From Octopus bimaculoides (lineage: Eukaryota), in contig NC_068999.1 of NCBI RefSeq assembly GCF_001194135.2, positions 1,795,064 to 1,836,192 on the forward strand: a DNA stretch of 41,129 nt, read 5' to 3'. Positions 14,237 to 25,677 of the stretch are shown one piece after another. Every line of letters starts with the position of its first letter. Position 1 is the first letter of the stretch. The notes below the pieces were generated by a model. That model ran no database searches, was not told the origin of the DNA, and was given only the letters and a program-made list of their open reading frames with translations. Both the position numbers and the translations under genes were made by a program.

Positions 14237-14368
14237 AAGGAGCTGGTAGAATCGTTACCGCCCCAGACAAAAAGGCCGATAATAAAATGTACCAGTAAAT
14301 CACTGGTATCGATATAATTGATTAACTCTTTTCCGGAAATTGCTGGCCTTATGACAAAATTTGAGATC
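14237..14368 (+). mobile_element. SINE family A, diverged, internally deleted
   Basis: Head AAGGAGCTGGTAGAATCGTTACCGCCCCAGACAAAA is joined directly to GCCGATAATAAAATGTACCAGTAAATCACTGGTATCGATATAATTGATT...GGCCTTATGAC; about 75 nt including the B box are missing relative to 34721-34922. Confidence 0.7.
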
Positions 14369-14676
14369 TATATTGCACTTTACAACACTATTTTGTGCTG
14401 TGTTCGCGAGCAAATGATTTCAATTTATGTTGCTCTAGTTCGTTGAGGTGGCAAAAACGTGTAATATGGTAAGGACGTGACAGGACTATCAAACAGGTGA
14501 TGGACGGTGGGTGCGCTTAAATAAACTAACGGAAGGGAGCTTCTAGATTGATAGGTCATAGCCCCACCTGGTGTCGGAAGCGTTTTGGCGAGCGTGATAG
14601 CATATCTAAATGCCATGTTATCAAAACACTGCAGTGTACCACAAGTCATCAACACTACTAAAATCTAACAGTGCTC

Positions 14677-14824
14677 AACTGGTGCTTTCTCGTATTTTAT
14701 CGACCCTGAAATGAAGAAAGGCAAAGTCGACCTCGGCGGAATTTGAACTCAGAACGTAAGGATGGACTAAATGGCGCTAAGCATTTTGCCCGGCGTGTTA
14801 ACGATTCTGCCATCTCGCAGCCTA

Positions 14825-14825
<1 letters not shown>
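14677..14825 (-). mobile_element. SINE family A, 3'-truncated
   Basis: GGCAAAGTCGACCTCGGCGGAATTTGAACTCAGAACGTAA...GCATTTTGCCCGGCGTGTTAACGATTCTGCC on + is the reverse complement of the family A head and core. Confidence 0.88.
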
Positions 14826-14880
<55 letters not shown>

Positions 14881-14956
14881 CGACGACGAGAAGAAGAAGA
14901 ACAAGAAGAAGAACAAGAAGAAGAACAAGAAGAACAAGAAGAAGAACAACAACAGC
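14824..14956. repeat. Compound trinucleotide repeat (GAT)n(GAC)n then (AAG)3AAC higher-order units
   Basis: Read directly; begins at the 5' end of the SINE A copy at 14677-14825. Confidence 0.9.
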
Positions 14957-16421
14957 AAATAGGTACGTTTAGGATAAAAATTGATAAAGAAATTGATGTA
15001 TCTAAAGGAAGATGAATTCTCAACAATATGGCGTCCTGAAGAACACATCGCACTTCTTAGTGAGTGGAAAAACGAAGAGGAGATGGAAGATAGGATGGAG
15101 GTAAAATAGAGAGAGAAAGCGAAGGAAGGTAAATAAGCCAGGAGATGGGAATGGAGAGGGATTGCTGTTGACGTAAACTGTTGGTTCAGCAGGCTTATCA
15201 TGCTTATGTTTACCGCCATTTTCAATAAAAATAGAGCATTTTTTATGATTGGCAACCATTTTTTCTCATTTACAATATTGCTCTGTTTTATATGCATTGA
15301 GTTCAGCGAGGGCACATTTTTTTTCTTGCTTCCCTTCTTCTCTCAATCGCCCGTTCAATCTTCCTTTCCCTCTCTCTCTCTCTCTCTTGCTCTCTCTCTT
15401 TCTCACTCTCTCCTTTTATATACATATATATATATATATATATANNNNNNNNNNNNNNNNNNNNNNNNNNNNNNNNNNNNNNNNNNNNNNNNNNNNNNNN
15501 NNNNNNNNNNNNNNNNNNNNNNNNNNNNNNNNNNNNNNNNNNNNNNNNNNNNNNNNNNNNNNNNNNNNNNNNNNNNNNNNNNNNNNNNNNNNNNNNNNNN
15601 NNNNNNNNNNNNNNNNNNNNNNNNNNNNNNNNNNNNNNNNNNNNNNNNNNNNNNNNNNNNNNNNNNNNNNNNNNNNNNNNNNNNNNNNNNNNNNNNNNNN
15701 NNNNNNNNNNNNNNNNNNNNNNNNNNNNNNNNNNNNNNNNNNNNNNNNNNNNNNNNNNNNNNNNNNNNNNNNNNNNNNNNNNNNNNNNNNNNNNNNNNNN
15801 NNNNNNNNNNNNNNNNNNNNNNNNNNNNNNNNNNNNNNNNNNNNNNNNNNNNNNNNNNNNNNNNNNNNNNNNNNNNNNNNNNNNNNNNNNNNCGCACGCA
15901 TGTACACGTATCCATCTCTATTTGCATATTATACATACACACATAGATACTTATACATACACATATACGTGTCCATGTACATACAGTTTACGTAGATGTG
16001 GGAGTGCGTGTGAGTGTATGTGTCTGCTGATAACTGTGAGATTGAACAATAAACAGAAACGCAAAAACGTAAAGTAAATCCCTCCTACAGAAGCACAAAG
16101 ATACATTTATACCCGTTTATACACATGCACACACGCACATATATGTATGTATCAGTTCAGATATATATATATACCCGCCTGTACCTCAATCTTCTTAAAT
16201 ACATACTTTTATATAAACATAAGTACAGAAATATATTAATGTCTACATACATACATTTCTGTTTTGAATATATGCAAACTTTCACACACGTTTACGTCAA
16301 GCATATATAATACATATGTAAGTACATACATACATATATGCATATATGCTTATATATATGTGTATATGATGTCGGTGTGAGTGCATGTGTATGTACGTAT
16401 GTGCGTGTATATATGTATGTT

Positions 16422-16463
<42 letters not shown>

Positions 16464-17713
16464 TATATATATATACACTCACATATATACATGTATATGT
16501 GTGTATATATACATACATACATACATACATAAACACACACACACACACACATACACACACACACACAGAGAGAGTTTATTCTCAGGCGCACGTATACAGA
16601 AATTAACGCATATATACAAACATCCGCATTTATATACGCTAAGTCCATATATTCATGCGTGTGTATATATACATCGCTTACACGCATACATTCATATATA
16701 CATGCATTATATACATATCTACTTACACCTATATATGCATATGTTTGCCTGTATATAAAAGAAACCTGCATTCTGCCATACATAGAACCATACAAAGACG
16801 CAAGTGTATATGCATATGTATACAAAGTACTTATACATACTCTCATATAAACACACACATACACACACACACACACACAAGCATATACACGCTCTCAGGC
16901 ATACGTACATACAAAATAAACAAAAAGAAAAGAAGACAAGTTTTGGCAAAGAATCTGAAAACTCAATTGTTTTTATAGATTCTGGGTTCATAAAAATGGC
17001 GGCTGCGATTGGTGAAGACTTTGGCTGTTGGTCACGAGGATGACGTAGTGGTGAAAGCGGCGGCGGCGGCGGCGGTGGCATCGCCGCTGAGAATGCTGGT
17101 AGTGCTGTTTTGTAGTTATCGTGAATGGTGGTGGTGGTGGTGGTGATGGTAGTAGTTTTGGCAGTGAGTTATGCTTATGGTGTTGGTGGTAATGATGTTG
17201 ATGTTTTGGCGGTGGTCGTGGCGGTGGTCGTGACGGTGGGTGTTGTCGTGGTGTTGTCATCACTAAGGATATTGTTTTGGCGAACAATGTAGATTTTTGT
17301 TTGTTTATTGGTTTAAATTTTTTTTTTTCCAATTATCAATCACTTAACACATGCAATTTGGAGTGATTAATAGCCGTCTGCTAAATGGATCATTAATAGC
17401 ATCAATCACACCATTCTCGAGGGGTACCAAGGGAGGGCCCTGTCCCTTCATCCAAATAAAGAAAAGGAAAATAGAAACAAGCCTCTTCTGTCTACATATG
17501 TAGCGTTAAAACTACGGAAGGAAATTAAAGACATAAAACTTAACTCGTAAGATGATTAAATGATAAACTATGGAAGAAAATCGATATGAAATTTACATTT
17601 TCCGTAACGCAATTGATTAACAAAGTTCGGAAAGAAATCGAAGACATTCTATTGGAAATATATATTTACATCATTGATATTACATTTAAGACTATGGTAA
17701 ATATATTTGTATA

Positions 17714-18100
17714 GGCACAGGCGCGGCTGTGTGCTAAGAAGCTTGCTTCCCAACCACATGCTTCCGGGTTCAGTCCTACAGCGTGGCACAATGGGCAAGT
17801 GTCTTTCTACTATAGCCTCGGGCCGATTTGGAAGGCGGAAACTGAAAGAAGCCCGTCGTATATATAGATACATATATGTATGTGTGTAATTGTGTGTTAG
17901 TTTGTCCCCCTCACCATCTCTTGACAACCGATGCTGGTGTGTTTACGTCCCCGTAACTTAGTGGTTCGGCAAAAGACAACGATAGAATAAGTACCAGGCT
18001 TACAAAGCATAAGTCCTGGGGTCGATTGACTCGACTAAAGTTGGTGCTCCAGCATGGTCGCAGTCAAATGACTGAAATGAGTAAAATAAAAGACAAAAAA
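17714..18100 (+). mobile_element. tRNA-derived SINE family B, near full length
   Basis: tRNA-like head (GGCTGTGTGCTAAG A-box-like, GGGTTCAGTCC B-box-like), central ...GGGCAAGTGTC...GGAAACTGAAAGAAGCCCGTCG, internal TA/TG tract, tail GTGCTCCAGCATGGTCGCAGTCAAATGACTGAAA. Colinear with the minus-strand copy at 25959-26342, with an approximately 18-nt deletion. Confidence 0.9.
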
Positions 18101-18253
18101 GGAAGTATATATATATATATATATANNNNNNNNNNNNNNNNNNNNNNNNNNNNNNNNNNNNNNNNNNNNNNNNNNNNNNNNNNNNNNNNNNNNNNNNNNN
18201 NNNNNNNNNNNNNNNNNNNNNNNNNNNNNNNNNNNNNNNNNNNNNNNNNNNNN

Positions 18254-18375
18254 CTGCCAGAGTTTCATGGAGCTTTAGGTGTTTTCGCTCGATAAACACT
18301 CACAACGCTCGGTCTGAGAATCAAAACTGCGATCCTACGACAGCGAGTCCGCTGCCCAAACCGCTGGGCCTCCAC
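18254..18375 (-). mobile_element. tRNA-derived SINE family C, head and partial body running into a gap
   Basis: Minus strand GGCCCAGCGGTTTGGGCAGCGGACTCGCTGTCGTAGGATCGCAGTTTTGATTCTCAGACC has A-box-like and decayed B-box-like elements at tRNA spacing; unrelated to families A and B; only one copy in the window. Confidence 0.6.
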
Positions 18376-18427
<52 letters not shown>

Positions 18428-18718
18428 CGTTGCGCCTCCACTATAAATATATGTGTGTGTGGTGGGGTGTTTGTGTAAAGAGAAAAATAATAGATAACAT
18501 CTTTCGAAGTAGAAGAAGTAACATGTGCATAAAAAAAAGGAACCTAGTTTCCAAAGATCCTCACTCCTAAGTCAGTAGGGGTGATTACTCTTATGGCTGT
18601 AGTTGCTCTTGCTGCTCCCACTGTTGTTCTTGCTGTTCTCGTTGGTTCTCTGGCTGCAACAATTGTTCTTACTGTTGTGGCAATTATTGTTGATATTGCT
18701 GTTGTTGTTACGATAACT

Positions 18719-18910
18719 ATCTTTTCTACTCTAGGCACAAGGCCCGAAATTTTGTGGGAGGCAGCCATTCGATTAGATTTACCCTAGTACGCAACTGATA
18801 CTTAATTTATCGACCCCGAAAGGATAAAAGGCAAACTCGACCTCGGCAGAATTTGAACCCAGAACGGAAATACCACTAAGCATTTCGCCCGGCTAACGCC
18901 TTCTGCCAGC
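18719..18910 (-). mobile_element. SINE family A
   Basis: CTTTTCTACTCTAGGCACAAGGCCC tail and ATCGACCCCGAAAGGATAAAAGGCAAACTCGACCTCGGCAGAATTTGAACCCAGAACG core match 34721-34922 in reverse; head has small deletions. Confidence 0.88.
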
Positions 18911-20329
18911 ACTATCACTATAGTCATTATTTTGCCACGGCTAATATTTTTGTTGTTAGTGTTTTTGTTTTCGTCACTGTTATTACTATAATTGCTGCTC
19001 TTGTTTCCTCAGTCTCAGTTATCGCTGCAACAGTTGTTGTTGTTGTTGTTGTTGTTGCTGTTCCTTTTTTGTTGTATTTTTTCTTTTTTTTACTACAGTC
19101 GATGTCGTTATTGTTGTTGTTATTCGCTGGAATTCATTCTGAACTTAGTCATCTTGCATCAATTAGTTATTTCTCTGAGTTAACAACATTTAAACCACAG
19201 GAATTTCTAAACTTACCATAAACAAAATAAACACTACTACTACTATTACTACTACTACTACTACAAGTTGTAGGAATATAAGTTGTAGCAGCAGCAGCGC
19301 TAACAAGAAAACAATGGCTGTGTGTTTATTATATATACATTAAATGTAACCAAAACAAGATTTAATTTAAATATTTCGACCCAAAACAAAACACGAAAGT
19401 ATTTTAATGAGAGATTAGTGCCAAAAATATAAAGCAGCTCTCTCGAAGTTTCATTCAATTTAGTTTCAGTCTATTTACTTATTTATTTATTTATACATTA
19501 TAGAACGCTTATTCGCTGTTCTACCTATTTATTTATCTAGCTATCTGTCTGTCCGTCTCTCTGTTTATCTGTCTATATGTATGTCTGTGTGCGTACGTGT
19601 TCGTGTGTGTGTGTACGTAGGTTATATATTTGAATATACTTGAACATATAAACGCATACATACATATATAAATGCGTGCATATATGCATGTAATACGCTT
19701 GAATATTTGAATGTATTCATGTATGAATGTTTCTGTATATAAATGTATGTATTGAAGTATGGAGGTATTTATGAATGTACGCGTATATGTATGCATGGAT
19801 GTTTGTATGTATATATGAACTTTTGTATGTATGAAGTATGTATATATATAATTATGTGTATTTCTTCTATCTTAATGAATAAAAATTCTTCTGGTAGAAT
19901 AAATGGGTTAATAGAAACCAATGTAGCAAAGAACACAAAATAACTGTGGTTAGCTCCTGTTTTTAAGGCAGGAACTCCTTGAAATTTTGGGTATTTGAGT
20001 ATATTTAAGAATTTAAGGATTGGAGAAAACGCATGTTATAATTGCATACTTTATTCCTACATATGTTTCAAAGGATTACAACCTGTGTGATCCATAGGGA
20101 TCTTTGATATTAAAATTGTAACCTTCTCATCATATATATATATACAATTTAAAAATAAACGTATAGTAAATAAACATACGAAGATATACTAAATGCACAG
20201 GCGAACGAAAAACACAGGTCAAGCGCAATTTCGGCCATTATCGATAATATTGCTTCCACTCTGGAGGCACCGGCAAGAAACTTGCCGAGAATGGGACCAA
20301 AACACCAAGACTTTTTTTTATATTCTCTC

Positions 20330-20465
20330 TCTGATTATTTTCTCGTGTTCCTTTCTGTTGAAGAGCGTAGGCTCGAAATGTAAAAGACTTTGTCACCTTC
20401 CTGAGCGTTAAACTAATACACCTGTCTGTTTTTTACACACCTCGTCTTCTGTTTTTTTTGTAAAC
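20330..20465 (+). mobile_element. Probable Penelope-like element terminal-repeat fragment
   Basis: Contains the hammerhead-like fold CTTT-CTGTTGAA-GAGC-GTAG-GCTC-GAAA-TGT-A-AAAG, the minimal type I architecture known from Penelope-like element termini. No RT or GIY-YIG coding sequence nearby, so the assignment rests on the motif. Confidence 0.45.
20351..20386 (+). ncRNA. Minimal type I hammerhead-ribozyme-like motif with non-canonical core
   Basis: Stem I CTTT 20351-20354 with AAAG 20383-20386; core CTGTTGAA 20355-20362 (canonical CUGANGA); stem II GAGC/GCTC with a GTAG loop; GAAA 20375-20378; short stem III region A-TG-T; H17 = A at 20382. Confidence 0.5.
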
Positions 20466-23150
20466 ATATATATATCTATATATATATAGGTAAAAAAATT
20501 AATGAGTGCGTGCGTTACATAAATGATATTTTCAGGATTAAATAAAAATACAACAAACTCCCGTGTCTATAGTCCTTTAGGACAGTTTTCATTTCTCCTT
20601 TGCGTTACCCATTTTTGTTTTGTTTTATCTTGTCTTGCAGCCCTAAGGCTTTTTTATGTTGCATGTGTCTTATCATCGCCCGAAACCGTTATTCTGCCTA
20701 TTGTTTTGCTCCTCATCTGTTCAATAATGGTCGCGTCTCGAATCCGTCTCGCTGAAACAAAAGTCACAGTAGAGAGAGACAATGTTCCCTTGTCTTATTC
20801 AGCTTCTAAGAGAGATGGGGGGTGGATTTAGATTATATAATTAACTCCCTTCTTTCTATCGGCAGAAATGTTTGTCTTTCGTTTCCATAGCATTTTTAGT
20901 GATTCGAGGATAACCGTGTTTTAGGATAATACCGAGGATAACTTGCACCACGCCAAAAACAAAAATAAATAAAATTCGCAATGACCCATCCACCATTCTT
21001 AACCCTTATGAAACTATTAAAGGTTTTCCTCTCAAAATTACTTCTGTACTAAAAAAAAAAATCTCGTCAACAAAAACTGTCCAAACTCAAGAAAGATACA
21101 CTTTTCCTTGCGGTTAGTGTTTCTTGGATCCACGGGTATGGAACTCTGTGGAAACTAATCCGGTAATCTGAACTATGCTATTTTCAAACCGTTCTTCCCC
21201 CCTCAACAGTTTTCATTTTATGGCTTTGTTGATCAGCAACTAATCTTTACACTCGTATGATTGTTTGCAACGCACCTTCGTTCTTCGGGAAACATTTTCT
21301 TCGTATTTCTTTTGTGTTATAAAACCGCTGCCATGTAGGATGGCACTTTATGGGCTTTCAGATTTAGCGCTTATCGCCTATTTAGATTTTACTGATAATT
21401 AAAATGGTTTTCAAGTTAGTGAACCAGTCAGGTGTTGTTTCCAGTTTCGGGTAGTTTTTTTTTCCTTTCTTTTTCTATGAAAATAAATACATTTTCAAAT
21501 TCTTTGTGTGCTTCTTAAATATTTCAACTAAACATTTCGGTTTTTATCATTTATCTTTGTGCCTGCCAGTGGTTTCTTTTGAGTAGTGCCAAGACTAGCT
21601 TCTTCTTGTGTTGATATAGCCTCATACGATTGTTCAAATGACTGTGTTTGTTGATTTAAACAATCTCTTACGTGCTGCGATTCCTTCATCAGCCATACTT
21701 CTCCCTACAATTCCAGTTCTTTGGCTGTTGGTGTTGCATTGATTTGTATTTTATTTTTACCCAGTTCTTGATAAGATCGTTTCAGAGAGAGAGAGAGAGT
21801 CTAAAGTTTTATTTTATTCAAAGAATCTTTGTCGCTTTTCATGCTAACTGTTGTTTGCAATCTAGCGAGGATCTTTCGCTTTTGACGTTCTTTGATTTCG
21901 GATACTTATTTATATTATTGTATTTTTATACTTTTGTTGTATTTGTCTATTCTTATTTTTTCAATTGACTCTTTTCATCGTGGATTTCAATAAGGATTGA
22001 GAGATCGATTTTGTTTTAATATCCCTCCTATGTGTGTAGATCTAACAGTGTTGCAACTTTGCTTTCCAGCAACGATGGTTGTTGAATGTATCATTTCGTT
22101 TCCCTGGCGATACTGATGGTCGTATCTGCTTTTGTTCGCTATTTGTGTTGCATGTTTTTATTGTTGTTACTATTTTAACGTCAAGTTTTTATCCTCGCGA
22201 CCTACTTTTGCTTGTCCGTAGGAAGACCTACCATTCAATTTCTTTAATTGTTTTCCCGGTTAGATTATTGTCATATTCATGGTTTCCATCTTTAGAATAT
22301 CGTATTCTTTTCTCGTATGGTTTGTTTGTGTTGCTCTGATTCTGTTTTGCTTGGTCGCTATTCTGTACAGGTTCTAAATTTTCTTCTTATACTTTGTTAC
22401 TTTTTTCTTTTCCCATGTTGCATGTGCTAATTTTATCTTCCTGGTTTACCTTTTCAATAGTTTCTTATTTTTATAGTCGATTTTTTTTTCTTGTTCTCCT
22501 TCTTATTTTATTTCCAGTGCGTTTTCTTCCCTTGTTTGTTTTTAGAATTCTAATTCAATTCTGGTATCTTATTGACTTTTAGACTGTAACTTCTTAAGTT
22601 AGTCTGTGAGGATCCAAAGCTATATGGAGAACAAAGTTGTTCCTGCCCAAAATTTATACCATAACATTGATAAAATTTCATTTTGGGGAGATTAGAGCCG
22701 AGTGGAGCTAATATATGTATAAAGTATAGAAACGCATTCCTTCGCGTCAATTTTATTTTATTTTGTGAGATTTGATGCCATCGTAATACTGCCAGGTGCT
22801 TTCTGTGTGTTTTATTTGCTAGACGATTTAAACATGAGAAAGCTAGGTTTATCTTTCTATAGACAAAATGGTGCAGAGGTGAGTGACGATGTTCTATGGG
22901 TGTCGACAGAGACAGCGTAAGAGCCTCGTCTTTCAGTTGACATATCGTGGACAATTTTCGAAAGTTCTCCTCTTGACAATGTTAAAGTGGGGCCAAGAAA
23001 GTTCCCCTCCAAGGCTTCAAGTCCGGGCATGGTTATTTGTGGAAGACCAGCTGCCCCATCCCTCACTACTTCATGATTGTGAACTCGATGCTCTGACCAC
23101 TGAGCCGTGGTCAGAGTTGGAAGAATGATAGAAGAGAAAATCAAGAATTT

Positions 23151-23198
23151 CGAAGATGGATGAATCTTACGAAGATGGATGAATCTTACGAAGATGGA
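23151..23198. repeat. 19-bp tandem duplication, 2.5 copies
   Basis: CGAAGATGGATGAATCTTA at 23151-23169 and 23170-23188, plus partial CGAAGATGGA. Confidence 0.9.
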
Positions 23199-23214
23199 CA
23201 ACATGGTAATTATA

Positions 23215-23587
23215 AACGGTGATGATGAGGAGGAGGAACAGGGAGACGACGACGACGACGATAACGATAATAGTCATGATGATGATGATGATGATGACGG
23301 GGCGGATGGGGATGATGAGGATGATGATGATGGTGATGATGATGATAATCATTATCATGTTGATGATGATGATGATGAAGTGAATGGAGATGATAATAAT
23401 GAGGAAGATTATGACGACTACAACGAAGATGATGAGGAGGAGGTCGAGAGATGAGAAAGATGGCAACGGGGAAGAGAAGGGGAGAGGAGGGAATGATGAT
23501 GACGGCGACGAAATAAAGGACGAGGGTGATGAAGGCGCCGAAGAAGATGGTGACGATGATGATGATGATAACGACGATGATGATGAC

Positions 23588-23619
<32 letters not shown>

Positions 23620-23635
23620 CTATGATGATGATGGA
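23215..23635. repeat. Degenerate (GAT/GAC/GAG)n trinucleotide array
   Basis: About 420 nt of GAT-dominated triplets; source of the poly-Asp, poly-His and poly-Ile ORFs in the track. Confidence 0.9.
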
Positions 23636-23804
23636 ACTGTAATGGGTTGATGTCTTCAATGTTCTATTTACGTTCATTACATTTACAACCACTTCAGCTT
23701 AAAACGGTTTCAAACGTCTTCTCTGCAGCAATATACACCAGTTATACGCATTAAACATCCACATTGGTGTATATGTGGGCGTGTGTGCGCGCATTGGTAT
23801 ATAC

Positions 23805-23860
<56 letters not shown>

Positions 23861-24453
23861 NNNNNNNNNNNNNNNNNNNNNNNNNNNNNNNNNNNNNNNN
23901 NNNNNNNNNNNNNNNNNNNNNNNNNNNNNNNNNNNNNNNNNNNNNNNNNNNNNNNNNNNNNNNNNNNNNNNNNNNNNNNNNNNNNNNNNNNNNNNNNNNN
24001 NNNNNNNNNNNNNNNNNNNNNNNNNNNNNNNNNNNNNNNNNNNNNNNNNNNNNNNNNNNNNNNNNNNNNNNNNNNNNNNNNNNNNNNNNNNNNNNNNNNN
24101 NNNNNNNNNNNNNNNNNNNNNNNNNNNNNNNNNNNNNNNNNNNNNNNNNNNNNNNNNNNNNNNNNNNNNNNNNNNNNNNNNNNNNNNNNNNNNNNNNNNN
24201 NNNNNNNNNNNNNNNNNNNNNNNNNNNNNNNNNNNNNNNNNNNNNNNNNNNNNNNNNNNNNNNNNNNNNNNNNNNNNNNNNNNNNNNNNNNNNNNNNNNN
24301 NNNNNNNNNNNNNNNNNNNNNNNNNNNNNNNNNNNNNNNNNNNNNNNNNNNNNNNNNNNNNNNNNNNNNNNNNNNNNNNNNNNNNNNNNNNNNNNNNNNN
24401 NNNNNNNNNNNNNNNNNNNNNNNNNNNNNNNNNNNNNNNNNNNNNNNNNNNNN

Positions 24454-24560
24454 ATACATACATACATACATACATACATACATACACACATACATACATA
24501 CATACATACATACACACACACATACATACATACATACATACATACACACATACATACATA
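24454..24560. repeat. (ATAC)n microsatellite
   Basis: Tetranucleotide tract at a gap edge. Confidence 0.9.
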
Positions 24561-24753
24561 TATGCACATATACATACAAGCACGCTTATGTACACTTACA
24601 TACAAACATTAACACACATACACGCTTATATTTATGTATACCTGTGACTGTATGTGAGCACAAACATACACAGACGCGAACGAGTATGCACACACATTTA
24701 CACATATATAAATAGCTCTGTACATATGATTATATATCTGTGTGTATACGTAT

Positions 24754-24785
<32 letters not shown>

Positions 24786-25569
24786 GTTTGTATGTATGTA
24801 TATACATGAATGTATGAAGGCTTCATATATACACACATGCATGAATACGTACATATATACATATATACACACATACACACATACACACATACACGCATAC
24901 ACGCATACATGCATTCACCAATACAGCACATATACATACACAAATACTTGTATATATAAACACACGCTTATGCACACAGACACACACACACAGGGGCGCG
25001 TGCGCGTACACGCATGCACTAAGCGCTGGACCATGCCGCCGGTTTCTTTTCCTCATTTAAGCGTCATTTAAAAGCTTCCATTGTCTTCTGTCAGGTGAAG
25101 ATAATCTCCATTTCCAATTCCAGAAATAATTTCCATTAGACTTCGTCACAAACCTCATACTTTGTCATATTAAGGCGACATATACATACACAAATACACA
25201 GACACACACACACGCATGTATACATTCATACATGAATATATGTATACATACTTATATGTACACACATATATATACACACACACACACATATGTATTTCCA
25301 GATACATGTACAACTGTGTACTTATACATAGACATTTCCATATATATATGTGTACGTGTTAGTATGTGTACGTCTGTCTTCGAGTCACGTTTTAATTTAT
25401 ACGCAATTTAAATCTATCCAATTTTCAAGCCGTCTGACGATTTTTCAAAAGGAACTTGTATAACGAATTTTATGATACCAGACACTTACCAGTTTCCGAA
25501 GTACTAAAATATACTTACACGTGTATACATGTATATTTATTTGTATACACACGCATACATAAGTATATA

Positions 25570-25677
25570 CGAGGTGGGGGTACCCAAAAGAAACAGGAAT
25601 TTTGCAATATTATTTTATTCATGTAGTTTTATATGTTTACACTTTTATCGCCTTCAAAGTATTCTCCAGTTGAAGCA
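25570..25677 (-). mobile_element. Mariner (Tc1/mariner) transposon 3' end: terminal inverted repeat plus last codons of the transposase
   Basis: TA at 25568-25569 is followed by TIR-like CGAGGTGGGGGTACCCAAAAGAAACAGGAATTT. Minus strand 25676-25629 translates ASTGEYFEGDKSVNI*, matching the C-terminal xGxYFEGD motif of mariner transposases. No partner TIR found; the fragment is truncated at a TA tract. Confidence 0.7.

Noticed and set aside
14425-14655. 76-aa minus-strand ORF in unique sequence
   Set aside because: Short, no motif, no convincing exon boundaries.
15034-15075. CTGAAGA...GAAA hammerhead-like spacing
   Set aside because: No stem I, stem III or properly placed UH site; lies in purine-rich low-complexity DNA.
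17363-17409. Two ATTAATAGC copies 26 bp apart inside a 6-bp inverted repeat
   Set aside because: Only two short AT-rich copies, not distinguishable from chance.
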